Source: a virus (taxonomy: Duplodnaviria; Caudoviricetes). Taken from it: a stretch of 42,179 nt of DNA. Numbering within the stretch: position 1 is the stretch's first letter; the number at the start of each line of letters is the position of its first letter. The translations under genes and the position numbers were made by a program. The DNA is taken from positions 1-42,179 of IMG/VR virus record IMGVR_UViG_3300048599_000794; one strand, given 5' to 3'. A model generated the notes under the pieces. The model was not told the DNA's origin and ran no database searches. It saw nothing but the letters and a program-made list of their open reading frames with translations. Shown here in pieces: positions 27,278-35,377 of this stretch.

Positions 27278-27544
27278 ATGAACGCCAACAGCCTGCCCAC
27301 CCTGACCGGGAGCGAAAAGCAAATCTCTTGGGCCACCGATATCCGCGCCGCCCTGGTCCTGAAGCTGGAAGAGTTGAGCGCGGCGCAGCCCAATGGTCGC
27401 ATGGCCCTGACCTTGGAACTGATCGCCCTGGCTACCGACGCCGGATGGTGGATTGAGCACCGTGATTTCGGGTGGTCCGGGCAACTCAAGGCCCTGACCA
27501 AGAGGTTCCCGGACGAATACGCCACGATCGCCGCAAATATGTAA
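27278..27544 (+). CDS. small hypothetical protein (GSEKQ motif), candidate anti-defence
   Basis: LTGSEKQISWATDIR; AAGGGG RBS; first gene after the promoter. Confidence 0.75.
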   Translation: MNANSLPTLTGSEKQISWATDIRAALVLKLEELSAAQPNGRMALTLELIALATDAGWWIEHRDFGWSGQLKALTKRFPDEYATIAANM

Positions 27545-27568
27545 CTGTCAACCACAAGGAGCGCCGCA

Positions 27569-27784
27569 ATGCAGACCACCATAGCCCGCAGGACCACCGC
27601 CAAGTTGTCCGCCTCGCGCATCGCCCCCCGCAATGGACTCGGCACCATGTACGACTGGCCGGATCGTCGTGAGTTGGAGGCTAGCGCCAGCAATGCCGCT
27701 TGGCACGACAACCGCAGGGCCATGCGTCCTGACTGGCAGCAGTATGGTCCGCAAGCCCGCTTCCGCCGCGTCTACAGCAGCTAG
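27569..27784 (+). CDS. small hypothetical protein, candidate anti-defence
   Basis: 71 aa, AAGGAG RBS. Confidence 0.7.
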   Translation: MQTTIARRTTAKLSASRIAPRNGLGTMYDWPDRRELEASASNAAWHDNRRAMRPDWQQYGPQARFRRVYSS

Positions 27785-27793
27785 GAGCGCACT

Positions 27794-28249
27794 ATGACCA
27801 CCAGTACCACCCTCCTCACCGCTTTCGGACAAATCCTTGCCGTCGTTGACCACGCCCTTGGCGGCCTCTCGGCCAGCGCCATGACCATGTGCATGAGCCA
27901 GCCTACGACCCAGCTCATGGGCCTGCACCTTGGCCGGGCCACGCCGACCATCACCCGCAACCCGGCTCTCGACGCCATCATGGCAGAGGCGGTCGAAGCA
28001 ATCGACCCGAACGAGACGATGGCCATGCCCGCTGCCATACCCACCGTTGACCAGGGCGTGATCCAAATCGCCTACTACCAGACCCTTAAGCGCCTTCCTG
28101 CCCGCACGGAAGGGAGGGGAAGGAGCAAGGCCCCTGCGGGCGTTGACTGGTCTACGGCGGATTGGTCCAAGAGCGATGCAGGCTTGTCCCGGGAGTTTGG
28201 GGTGAGCAGGCAGGCAGTGGCGGGGGCGAGGAAAAGACATCAGGGGTAG
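27794..28249 (+). CDS. Cas11c/Cas8c C-terminal-like domain fused to C-terminal HTH
   Basis: FGQILAVVDHA...SQP...IMAEAVEAI...MPAAIPTVDQGVIQIAYYQ, then DWSKSDAGLSREFGVSRQAVAGAR; AGGAG RBS. Confidence 0.65.
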   Translation: MTTSTTLLTAFGQILAVVDHALGGLSASAMTMCMSQPTTQLMGLHLGRATPTITRNPALDAIMAEAVEAIDPNETMAMPAAIPTVDQGVIQIAYYQTLKRLPARTEGRGRSKAPAGVDWSTADWSKSDAGLSREFGVSRQAVAGARKRHQG

Positions 28250-28266
28250 CAGGGAAATGGCCAATA

Positions 28267-28473
28267 CTACGCCTGCGTATTGGAAAAGTTCTTGAAATAT
28301 CCGGTCAAATCCTGGGAATAGGCGCAGGGGGTCTTGCGTCTGGGACGTCCGCAATAAGCGAAGAACAAAACCCCGGCCTGGACCAGTTTCTTGCGGTAAT
28401 TCCTGCGGATCGTGTCCGCGCAAAACGGCGTGCATCCCGCGATCTCCTTCCAGCCCTTGAGCATCTGGTTCAT
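28267..28473 (-). CDS. small winged-HTH DNA-binding protein, candidate late activator
   Basis: LKGWKEIA...DTIRR; start overlaps upstream stop; last gene of the replication operon. Confidence 0.65.
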   Translation of the reverse strand: MNQMLKGWKEIAGCTPFCADTIRRNYRKKLVQAGVLFFAYCGRPRRKTPCAYSQDLTGYFKNFSNTQA

Positions 28474-28694
28474 CAGTCCGCGCCTCCCTCTTCCCTGGCG
28501 TTGACGAGCAGCCCGGCCACGAACGCGCGCACGTCCTCGGGCCGGAATCGGATGTCCTTGCCCATGCGCACGTGGGCGATCTCTTTGTGGCGCACCATGC
28601 GCCATACCGTCTGTTCGCCGTACCGCAGGACACCGGCCACCTCGGCCACGGTCATGAGCGGTTCCATGGCCTGGGCCTGGCTCTCCGCTTTCAC
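28473..28694 (-). CDS. excisionase-family HTH protein
   Basis: LMTVAEVAGVLRYGEQTVWRMV...IAHVRMG..IRF. Confidence 0.85.
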   Translation of the reverse strand: MKAESQAQAMEPLMTVAEVAGVLRYGEQTVWRMVRHKEIAHVRMGKDIRFRPEDVRAFVAGLLVNAREEGGAD

Positions 28695-29320
28695 GCCTCA
28701 CCCCCGGCCAGGTCCAGGATCATGCGGTCGGCCTCCTCCTGCATGTCGGGCAGGTAGGCCAGCGTGCTCTCGATGCTGCGGTGGCCCATGGCCGCCTGGA
28801 CCACGCGCAGGTAGTCGCCGATCTCGCCGCGCCGGTGGGCCTCCACGGCCCGTTTGAGCGCCCAGGTGCCGAAGCTCTTCCGGCAGCAGTGCGTGCCCAG
28901 CTTTCCCGTGAGCCTGAGCGCCGAGAACACACGCACGTAGACCTGGCGCGCCCGGTCGATGGTGATGGCCCGGTTCGCGCCCTTCTGGCTCGGGAACAGG
29001 TAGTCATCCGGCCGCATGCGGCCCTGGGCGTAGTTCCAGCGCACCAACTCGGCCAGGCACTCCCGCACCCGGGGGGCCAGGGGCACGCTCCGGCCGCTGC
29101 GCCTCCCCTTCATGCTGCGCCTGGCCACGGCCACCCGCTCCACCACCTGCCCGTGCTGCACCACGTCCCCGAGGCGCAGGCTAAGCACCTCGTGAATCCG
29201 GAACCCGGTCATGGTCTGCAGGAAGAACAGCGCCCGGTCGCGCACCTCGTACCGACCGCCGAACGCGCCCATGGCCCGCTCGAATTCCTCCCGGCTCAGG
29301 GGGCGGCATCCGACGCTCAC
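28691..29320 (-). CDS. tyrosine recombinase, catalytic domain only
   Basis: TGFRIHEVLSL, MKGRR, THCCRKSF, MGHRSIESTLAYL; likely GTG start at 29320 with AAGGGG RBS (ORF open to 29374). Confidence 0.88.
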   Translation of the reverse strand: MSVGCRPLSREEFERAMGAFGGRYEVRDRALFFLQTMTGFRIHEVLSLRLGDVVQHGQVVERVAVARRSMKGRRSGRSVPLAPRVRECLAELVRWNYAQGRMRPDDYLFPSQKGANRAITIDRARQVYVRVFSALRLTGKLGTHCCRKSFGTWALKRAVEAHRRGEIGDYLRVVQAAMGHRSIESTLAYLPDMQEEADRMILDLAGGEA

Positions 29321-29469
29321 AGGGCACCCCTTTCCGGCCGAAAAAGCGTTTGCGGGAATTTTGCGGGAAAACACCCGCGCAACCCACGCCCCGCCTGGTT
29401 TAAAAGGTGTGTCACTTTAGGCGAAATTTTGACATACTTACGTTTCATTTCCTACTCCGCGTTTTTCCC

Positions 29470-30123
29470 TCAACCGGTCACAAGCGGTATCTGGCGGTCA
29501 GAAGTGGTCCGCCGTTCATGATTCACTTCGTTTCTAGGGACTTCGAAATTTCCTCCGGGCACCCCTGGAAAACCCGCTCTTAAACCGGGTGCGGAGAACC
29601 CCTGTGGCGTCTCTCCATGGCCCTGGCCGGGCACGTTCTTGATGCTGGCCTGGGCGTTGTAGGAATCCATGAGCAGGCACTTCTCCCGCCAGTCCTCGCC
29701 GGGCTCGCACACAATGAAACCGGCGTCACGCAAAGCGTCCCGGGTCGTGGACCGACGGTCTCGGGGATGGCAGAACCGGCACAGCGACGTGGCCCGAAGA
29801 TACTGCCCGTCCTTGAACCGCCAGGTGAAAATGGCCCCTAGCCCCCCGTCGCAATGCGGGCACGTCTCGTCCCGCGCCTGCCGTCCCTGGTCCGCACCCC
29901 TCCAGGCCAGGAACCCCTGCTTGAGCACATGGGCCACGTTCTCCCCGCGCTGGAGCCGGGCCTTGCTCTCCAGCACCTTGCCCATGGCCCCGTCCATCTG
30001 CTCCTCGGTCCAGCGCTCTCCGAAGAGCCGCCACCAGGTCTTGATCAGCGCGTTGTCCGGACGGTCCTGGTTGAACAGGTCGAACAGCTTGTTGATCTTC
30101 GCGGCGAAAAGAACTTCCTTCAC
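29470..30123 (-). CDS. replication accessory protein (helicase-loader position), Zn finger
   Basis: Directly after initiator; helical N-terminus, CPHC...CRFC. Confidence 0.55.
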   Translation of the reverse strand: MKEVLFAAKINKLFDLFNQDRPDNALIKTWWRLFGERWTEEQMDGAMGKVLESKARLQRGENVAHVLKQGFLAWRGADQGRQARDETCPHCDGGLGAIFTWRFKDGQYLRATSLCRFCHPRDRRSTTRDALRDAGFIVCEPGEDWREKCLLMDSYNAQASIKNVPGQGHGETPQGFSAPGLRAGFPGVPGGNFEVPRNEVNHERRTTSDRQIPLVTG

Positions 30124-31385
30124 GACATGGCCTCCTTCTCTCGCAGGAATTGCTCCACGGCGTCCGTTCCGACGCCGAGCTCCCGGGCCACATCCCGTAG
30201 CCCGTCAGCCCCGTACTCGGTGAAATAGCGCTCCATCTCCCGGACCATGGCCGGGTCCACCGCCTGCCCCGTCGCGGATTTGTCGTCGTACTGGCCCTCC
30301 AGGATCTTCGTGAAGTTTTCCGCTTTGAGCACCCAGTCAAACCGCGCAGTCCATCCCCGATCGTTCTCCCCGCGCAGGAACTTCGACCACCCCACCCGGT
30401 TGAAGAACGCGCTCCACTGGCCCAAGTCCGGCATCTCGCGCCAGCGGGCCAGGGCCGCCTTGAACCGCGCGCTCCCGGACTTGAGCAGATCGAGCCGCAC
30501 CGTGGGAAGCGGCCCCCGGCCCATGCCCGGGGCCAGGGCCATGCCGTTCCACATCTCGGCCAACTGCTGCACGATCCCGGCATCCTTCCGGCCCTTCTCC
30601 CGGCGCGTGGCCTGCGCGCTCTTCCCGGCGCCATGCTCTGCAGCCCTCCCGGCCTCCTTCTCCCGGTCCGAAACCTCCTCGGGAGCATCTCCCCCGGAGC
30701 TGGACCACGCCCCCATGTTCCGCTTGGCCCAATCATCGGGAGCAGGAGCAGCGCCAGCAGCAGAGCGCGGGTCGGACGAGGCGGAAGCCTCGGTCGACTC
30801 CCCCTCGTAAGAGGGGGCAATTCTTAATTCTTCTTCTTGAGTTCTTAAATCTTTCTCTTCGCGCGCAGGGTCCATAATAGGAGAAGGAACGGTTTGGGTA
30901 ACGGTTCCGAAAACCGTTCCGGAACCGTTGGTGTAACCGTTACCGGAACCGTTTGCCGAACGGTTACGCAAACCGTTTAGGAAACCGTTAGGCAAACGGT
31001 TGGCGAACGGTTCCAGCAGATCGGCAAGTATCCAAAAATGTTCAAAGGAGTCGGGTATTTCGTCTATCTGTCTGGCAACTGTCTTGCCGCAGTTTGGATT
31101 GGCGATGGGATTGAAAAGCAGGTAGTGCCGAGTCACAACGTACCCGGTGTTCCGGCAACGGTAAGCCAAACCGTTGCGGAACAGTTCCCCTAACCGTTCC
31201 GCAACGGTTCCCAAGCCCCATCCCAGGTCCGCCGCTACATACTCCAGAGGCATCCGGAAACACCCGCTCATCTGGGTGTGGGGGCCGGTGAGAAGGTAGA
31301 GCGCCAAGAGCTTGGCTTGGTCCGTTGCCTTGATCTTGTCCAGTTCCAGCCAGAACCGCGAGTAAACCACCCCGTATTCGCGCAC
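30120..31385 (-). CDS. phage replication initiator protein
   Basis: SRFW...KLLALYLLTGPH..SGCF wHTH, internal iterons, FLRGENDRGWTARFDWVLKAENFTKILEGQY C-terminal domain. Confidence 0.88.
   Translation of the reverse strand: MREYGVVYSRFWLELDKIKATDQAKLLALYLLTGPHTQMSGCFRMPLEYVAADLGWGLGTVAERLGELFRNGLAYRCRNTGYVVTRHYLLFNPIANPNCGKTVARQIDEIPDSFEHFWILADLLEPFANRLPNGFLNGLRNRSANGSGNGYTNGSGTVFGTVTQTVPSPIMDPAREEKDLRTQEEELRIAPSYEGESTEASASSDPRSAAGAAPAPDDWAKRNMGAWSSSGGDAPEEVSDREKEAGRAAEHGAGKSAQATRREKGRKDAGIVQQLAEMWNGMALAPGMGRGPLPTVRLDLLKSGSARFKAALARWREMPDLGQWSAFFNRVGWSKFLRGENDRGWTARFDWVLKAENFTKILEGQYDDKSATGQAVDPAMVREMERYFTEYGADGLRDVARELGVGTDAVEQFLREKEAMS
30821..31209. repeat. iteron arrays and AT-rich tract, probable replication origin
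   Basis: 11 AAC(C/G)GTT copies at 11-12 bp spacing (30888-31012), 5 exact or near copies at 31157-31209, pyrimidine/AT-rich tract 30821-30860. Confidence 0.8.
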
Positions 31386-31483
31386 CTCTTCCCTCCTGCG
31401 CGGTAAAACGATCTACCTTACCCCTCGCATCCTATCCGCATCCCAGCCGCCCAAAAGGACGCCATGCGGACTGTGCATAAAAT

Positions 31484-32662
31484 CTACCCGGCGGCCTCCA
31501 CCAGCAGCCCGCCAGCCTCGCGGTCCATGCGGCGTTCGGCGAGGCGGATGTACTCCGCGTTCAGTTCGACCCCCAAGAAGTGGCGGCCCAACTTGAGGGC
31601 CACCACGCCCGTGGTTCCGGACCCGGCGAAGGGGTCAAGGACCGTCCCCCCGGGCGGGCAGCCCATCTTGATGCAGCGGCTTGCGAGATCCGGCGGGAAG
31701 GTGGCGAAATGCGCCTCGGCATAGGGATAGGTCGGGATGCGCCAGACCGTGCGGATGTTGCGGGTGTACAGGGGCATCCCGCCCGGGCACTGCTCACCGC
31801 CGCGCGTTTCGTCCGGGCGCACCGTCCGGCGCGTGCTGCCCTTCGAGTGGTAGACGGCCTCGTGCTTGCCTTCCGTGGCCCATCCCTGTGGCCAGGGCTG
31901 GCGGCCCGAGCGGTGTTGCGCTGCGGTCTGGCCCGGGCGCTCCGGTTCGTGGACCGCGCGGCCGAAACTGAGCGCCGTGGGATGCTGGATCTTGGGCCGG
32001 GTGCCGGTGTGCGGGGTCTGCCCAGGGGCCTGGTAGCCCGGGCCCGTGAAGTCGTGAGCGTTGAACGCTGCGGCAGGCTCCCTGGCGGCCTCATGATCCC
32101 AGTGGTAGCGGGCGGACTTGGCCAGCAGGAACAGGTACTCGTGGCTCGTGGTCGGACGGTCCTTGACCGAGGAGGGCATGGGGTTGGGCTTGTCCCATAT
32201 CACGTCCGAGCGCAGCCACCAGCCGTCCGCCTGGAGGGCCAGGGCCAGCCGCCAGGGCATGCCGCACAGGTCCTTGGGCTTGAGGCCGGACGGGACGCTG
32301 ACGGGATGCCGCACATGCTCACCCGGGACAAATGGTTTCCCCTCATGGTCTGGGCGCGATGGATTCCTGGTCGTGTTGTGGGCGTAGCTGTCCCCCATGT
32401 TGACCCAGGCCGTGCCGTCCGAGCGCAGGACCCGGCGCACCTCCGCGAACACGGCCCGCATCCGGCAGATGTAGCACTCGCCGCAGTCCTGGCCCGTGGC
32501 CCAGCCCGCGCAGTCGTGCCGGGGCTCAAGCCCGATCTGCCCGGCCACGCCGTAGTCCCGCAGTCCCCAGTACGGGGGCGAGGTCACGACGCAATGCACG
32601 GATTCGTCCGGCAGGGTGCGCAGGACCTCAAGGGCGTCCCCGGGGAGGATGCGGGCGGTCAT
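31484..32662 (-). CDS. N4-cytosine/N6-adenine DNA methyltransferase, beta class
   Basis: TSPPYW before HFATFP and VLDPFAGSGTT. Confidence 0.92.
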   Translation of the reverse strand: MTARILPGDALEVLRTLPDESVHCVVTSPPYWGLRDYGVAGQIGLEPRHDCAGWATGQDCGECYICRMRAVFAEVRRVLRSDGTAWVNMGDSYAHNTTRNPSRPDHEGKPFVPGEHVRHPVSVPSGLKPKDLCGMPWRLALALQADGWWLRSDVIWDKPNPMPSSVKDRPTTSHEYLFLLAKSARYHWDHEAAREPAAAFNAHDFTGPGYQAPGQTPHTGTRPKIQHPTALSFGRAVHEPERPGQTAAQHRSGRQPWPQGWATEGKHEAVYHSKGSTRRTVRPDETRGGEQCPGGMPLYTRNIRTVWRIPTYPYAEAHFATFPPDLASRCIKMGCPPGGTVLDPFAGSGTTGVVALKLGRHFLGVELNAEYIRLAERRMDREAGGLLVEAAG

Positions 32663-32997
32663 GCTACCTCCATGGGTTGGACAACGCCCTCGACCAGCGC
32701 CCTGCCCAATGGAGTGTGGCAGAGGTCTACGTGCTGCGTTGGTTGCCCCGGGCGATCCACAAGAACGCGCAGAACGCCCAATCTTTTTGCTGTAGAGCGG
32801 AGGCGTTCCACGTCCTGGTCCATGAGTTTCCCGATTATCTTTTCCCCTCGGAACACAGATGGGACATTCTTGCGGATGTTGGTTTGGAGCAATAATGCCT
32901 GACCTCCAGACGCAGCGTACGCCGTCGCTGCGTCCAGGGCCGTGCGGACATGTCCACCGGTTCTTGTTCCGTCATATATTTGGATACAGGCGGTCAT
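32659..32997 (-). CDS. hypothetical protein, weakly DUF4031-like
   Basis: MTACIQ start with ATGA overlap; AKRLGV...QHVDL. Confidence 0.6.
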   Translation of the reverse strand: MTACIQIYDGTRTGGHVRTALDAATAYAASGGQALLLQTNIRKNVPSVFRGEKIIGKLMDQDVERLRSTAKRLGVLRVLVDRPGQPTQHVDLCHTPLGRALVEGVVQPMEVA

Positions 32998-33188
32998 GCG
33001 GCCCCCTCCGCAATAGCCCGCTCCCCGGCCCGGACCACCCGGATAAGCCGGGCAAGTTGCTCCTGGTCCACGCCTGGCGGGTAGAGGGGGCACAGGACCA
33101 TCCCACCGAGCTTGGGCACGTACCGTACCAGGGGGCAGGCCGCGCAGTCGGGGCAGGGGATTGTCGGGGTGGTTTTGGCGGCGGTCAT
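32994..33188 (-). CDS. small Cys-rich hypothetical protein
   Basis: 64 aa, CPDCAAC, AGGAG RBS, overlapping start/stop at both ends. Confidence 0.6.
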   Translation of the reverse strand: MTAAKTTPTIPCPDCAACPLVRYVPKLGGMVLCPLYPPGVDQEQLARLIRVVRAGERAIAEGAA

Positions 33189-33508
33189 GGGCGTGGCTCC
33201 TGGCTCTCAATCCACGCCTTGATCGTTTCTCCATGGCACCGCTTCGGAGCGCACCAGCAGAAAAGGCGTATCTTGCCATGTTCTTTCAGGGACAATAGCA
33301 TCTTGTTCAGATAGCTCATGCACGCCAGTTCTTCTCTATTCACCATTCCCAAGAAATAGTGCTCGTATTTATCACACACGATATCACGAGTTAGCCCTTC
33401 ATCAAGGTTTATTTCGAACGGATTCCCCAATGGTGTTTTCCGGTCAATGCGGAAATCGTATGGCTTGCTTGGGCACTCATTCCTCATGTTTATTATTTCG
33501 ATGGACAT
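33185..33508 (-). CDS. DUF4326-family protein
   Basis: IDRKTPLGNPF...LFCWCAPKRCHG; start MSIEII with GGAGG. Confidence 0.8.
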   Translation of the reverse strand: MSIEIINMRNECPSKPYDFRIDRKTPLGNPFEINLDEGLTRDIVCDKYEHYFLGMVNREELACMSYLNKMLLSLKEHGKIRLFCWCAPKRCHGETIKAWIESQEPRP

Positions 33509-33846
33509 TTTTCCTCCTCCGCACCCGACGCCGCGTTCGCTCGGTGTCCCATTACTCTCCTGCGAAGACAAAGGAGCGCTGCATTTGCGTGTTTGAACGC
33601 GTCCCTGTATTCCTCACAGGTGAATGGTTCATCTTGGAGAAAGCTCAAACGATCTATAACCACGGCAAGAAGCGCCTCATTTGTGGCGTTGCGATGTAGA
33701 CGGGCTTGAGTTACTAGCCCCTCATCACCATAACAAATCTGATAAAGATAACCAGAGCCGCCAAGGCCATAATTACCGTGGACGATAATGTTTGGTTGAT
33801 AAAAACCACACACGGTCTTATGTGCAGTTAATTCGCGTGTGTTCAT
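33493..33846 (-). CDS. divergent Acb2/Tad1-like helical hairpin protein
   Basis: TNEALLAVVIDRLSFLQDEPFTCEEYRDAFKHANAALLCLRRR. Confidence 0.55.
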   Translation of the reverse strand: MNTRELTAHKTVCGFYQPNIIVHGNYGLGGSGYLYQICYGDEGLVTQARLHRNATNEALLAVVIDRLSFLQDEPFTCEEYRDAFKHANAALLCLRRRVMGHRANAASGAEEEKCPSK

Positions 33847-34901
33847 ATCATCAACTCCTTCGATTCGTCCGCCGCGTTCGCGCGGGCAAGGGCCGCAGAT
33901 ATTGCCCTGAAAAACATGTACGCCACCTGTGGCACTACGGCGTTTCCGAGGGCTTTAAGTCGGTCCACCCGGCGGGGTACCCCATGAGCCACTCGACCCA
34001 CTCCGGGTTCAGCTGGCCACCGACAAAATTCGGAAGCTGCTCCCCCTTCCGCCCCCCCCCACGCGCCGAATACGGCTTGGAATTCGGGCTCCGAAAGTCC
34101 CGGGAAGCCGGGGTGGGGAACATTTTGACTACATCCGCCAGACCAACCTGTGGGTCTGTCGGCTTGCGCCCGGAAATCTTCACCACACTGCTTTTCGCGT
34201 CCACCACCGTGGCTGACGGCGTGGGGAAAAGGCTCTTGCGTACCGCAGTCGCCAGGCCATCCCCGCTCTTCTCGGAAACCCCATTCCGGTTGTAGTTCCC
34301 GCACACGCTGGGCGTGGGCCAACGGTTTACCGCCATGGTCAACGGAGTCCCGCCCTGCGCATATGGTTTTGATCTGGAGCTCGTGTCCGTCGTCGCGGTG
34401 GGCCACAATCCATACCCGATCTCTCCGGTGCGGGGCATCGACGGCACAAGCCGGAACAACAAACGCCCGGCAGGCGTAGCCGAGTCCTTCCAGGTCAGAA
34501 AGCACGTCATCGAGGCCCATACTGATGTGCCCAGCAACGTTCTCTCCAAGCACCCAAGAGGGCCGGAGTTGCGCGATAATTTGGCGCATCGCTGGCCAGA
34601 GGTGGCGGTCATCGTTCGCGCCCTGGCGCTGCCCGGCGACGGAAAAGGGCTGGCAGGGGTATCCTCCGCAGATGATGTCAACGGTAGGAAGAGTTGTTGC
34701 GTCGATGTCATTGATGTCCCCGTGGATTGGCACGGAAGACCAGTGTTTGCGCAGGATGCGCTGACAGTAGGGGTCCTTTTCCACGAACCAGGCGGTGCCC
34801 ATCCCGGCCCATTGGGCGGCCAGGTCGAATCCGCCGATCCCGGAGAAGAGGGAGCCGACAACCGGCTTCGCTCCCCGCGCGATGAGGGGCAGGGGCGTCA
34901 T
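33843..34901 (-). CDS. C5-cytosine DNA methyltransferase (alpha-type chain)
   Basis: SLFSGIGG (I), GGYPCQPFS (IV), ENV (VI), HRRDRVW (VIII), LGNAVVP (X). Confidence 0.92.
   Translation of the reverse strand: MTPLPLIARGAKPVVGSLFSGIGGFDLAAQWAGMGTAWFVEKDPYCQRILRKHWSSVPIHGDINDIDATTLPTVDIICGGYPCQPFSVAGQRQGANDDRHLWPAMRQIIAQLRPSWVLGENVAGHISMGLDDVLSDLEGLGYACRAFVVPACAVDAPHRRDRVWIVAHRDDGHELQIKTICAGRDSVDHGGKPLAHAQRVRELQPEWGFREERGWPGDCGTQEPFPHAVSHGGGREKQCGEDFRAQADRPTGWSGGCSQNVPHPGFPGLSEPEFQAVFGAWGGAEGGAASEFCRWPAEPGVGRVAHGVPRRVDRLKALGNAVVPQVAYMFFRAISAALARANAADESKELMI
33935..34711 (-). CDS. overlapping alternative-frame methyltransferase beta-like subunit
   Basis: Long stop-free alternative frame with repeated (W/F)PT(P/A) units and LNPEWVEWLMGYPAGWT; GGGGA before MTSTQQ. 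Confidence 0.6.
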   Translation of the reverse strand: MTSTQQLFLPLTSSAEDTPASPFPSPGSARARTMTATSGQRCAKLSRNSGPLGCLERTLLGTSVWASMTCFLTWKDSATPAGRLLFRLVPSMPRTGEIGYGLWPTATTDTSSRSKPYAQGGTPLTMAVNRWPTPSVCGNYNRNGVSEKSGDGLATAVRKSLFPTPSATVVDAKSSVVKISGRKPTDPQVGLADVVKMFPTPASRDFRSPNSKPYSARGGGRKGEQLPNFVGGQLNPEWVEWLMGYPAGWTDLKPSETP

Positions 34902-35377
34902 GCGGCCTCCGGGAAGTACTCGACAGCCCAGATTCCGAGCCGCCCTCGGCAGGGCATGAAGGGCAGCGGGCGGGCGGCCAGGATCGGCCAGTGGTGGATG
35001 TCATCCCCCTCCTCGGCCCAGGCGCTCCCTGAATCCTGCTTGCTGGCGTTGAAGATGGCCGCGCCAACGATCCCGCCGAGGCGGAGGTCCTGGCGGCGCG
35101 AATAGAGCGCGTCGAAGCGCTTGAGCGAGTCCTCCCCCTCAATTTTCGCCATGACTCGGCCGAACTCCCAGTATTCCGGCATCTGCTTGAGCCCGGCGTG
35201 GATGAGCACCACCTTGCCCACGAACCGGGATGGCAGCGCCCAGGTGCGATTTTCCACGTTCTTGAGCGGGTTGGTCCTGCTCGGGTCAAGCCCGCAGATC
35301 ATCGCCGCGCAGGGCTGGCGGATGGAGATGACCGGGTAGGTGCCGCCGGGCTCCACCTTGGGGAAGATGTCAGCCAT
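34898..35377 (-). CDS. ASCH-domain protein
   Basis: SIRQP.A..I..G...KNVENRTW...LIHAG, CRGRLGIW. Confidence 0.85.
   Translation of the reverse strand: MADIFPKVEPGGTYPVISIRQPCAAMICGLDPSRTNPLKNVENRTWALPSRFVGKVVLIHAGLKQMPEYWEFGRVMAKIEGEDSLKRFDALYSRRQDLRLGGIVGAAIFNASKQDSGSAWAEEGDDIHHWPILAARPLPFMPCRGRLGIWAVEYFPEAA

Noticed and set aside
29417-29437. TTAGGCGAAATTTTGAC as an additional repressor operator
   Set aside because: Only a half match to the CGAA-N-TTCG core; cannot be distinguished from chance in an AT-rich gap
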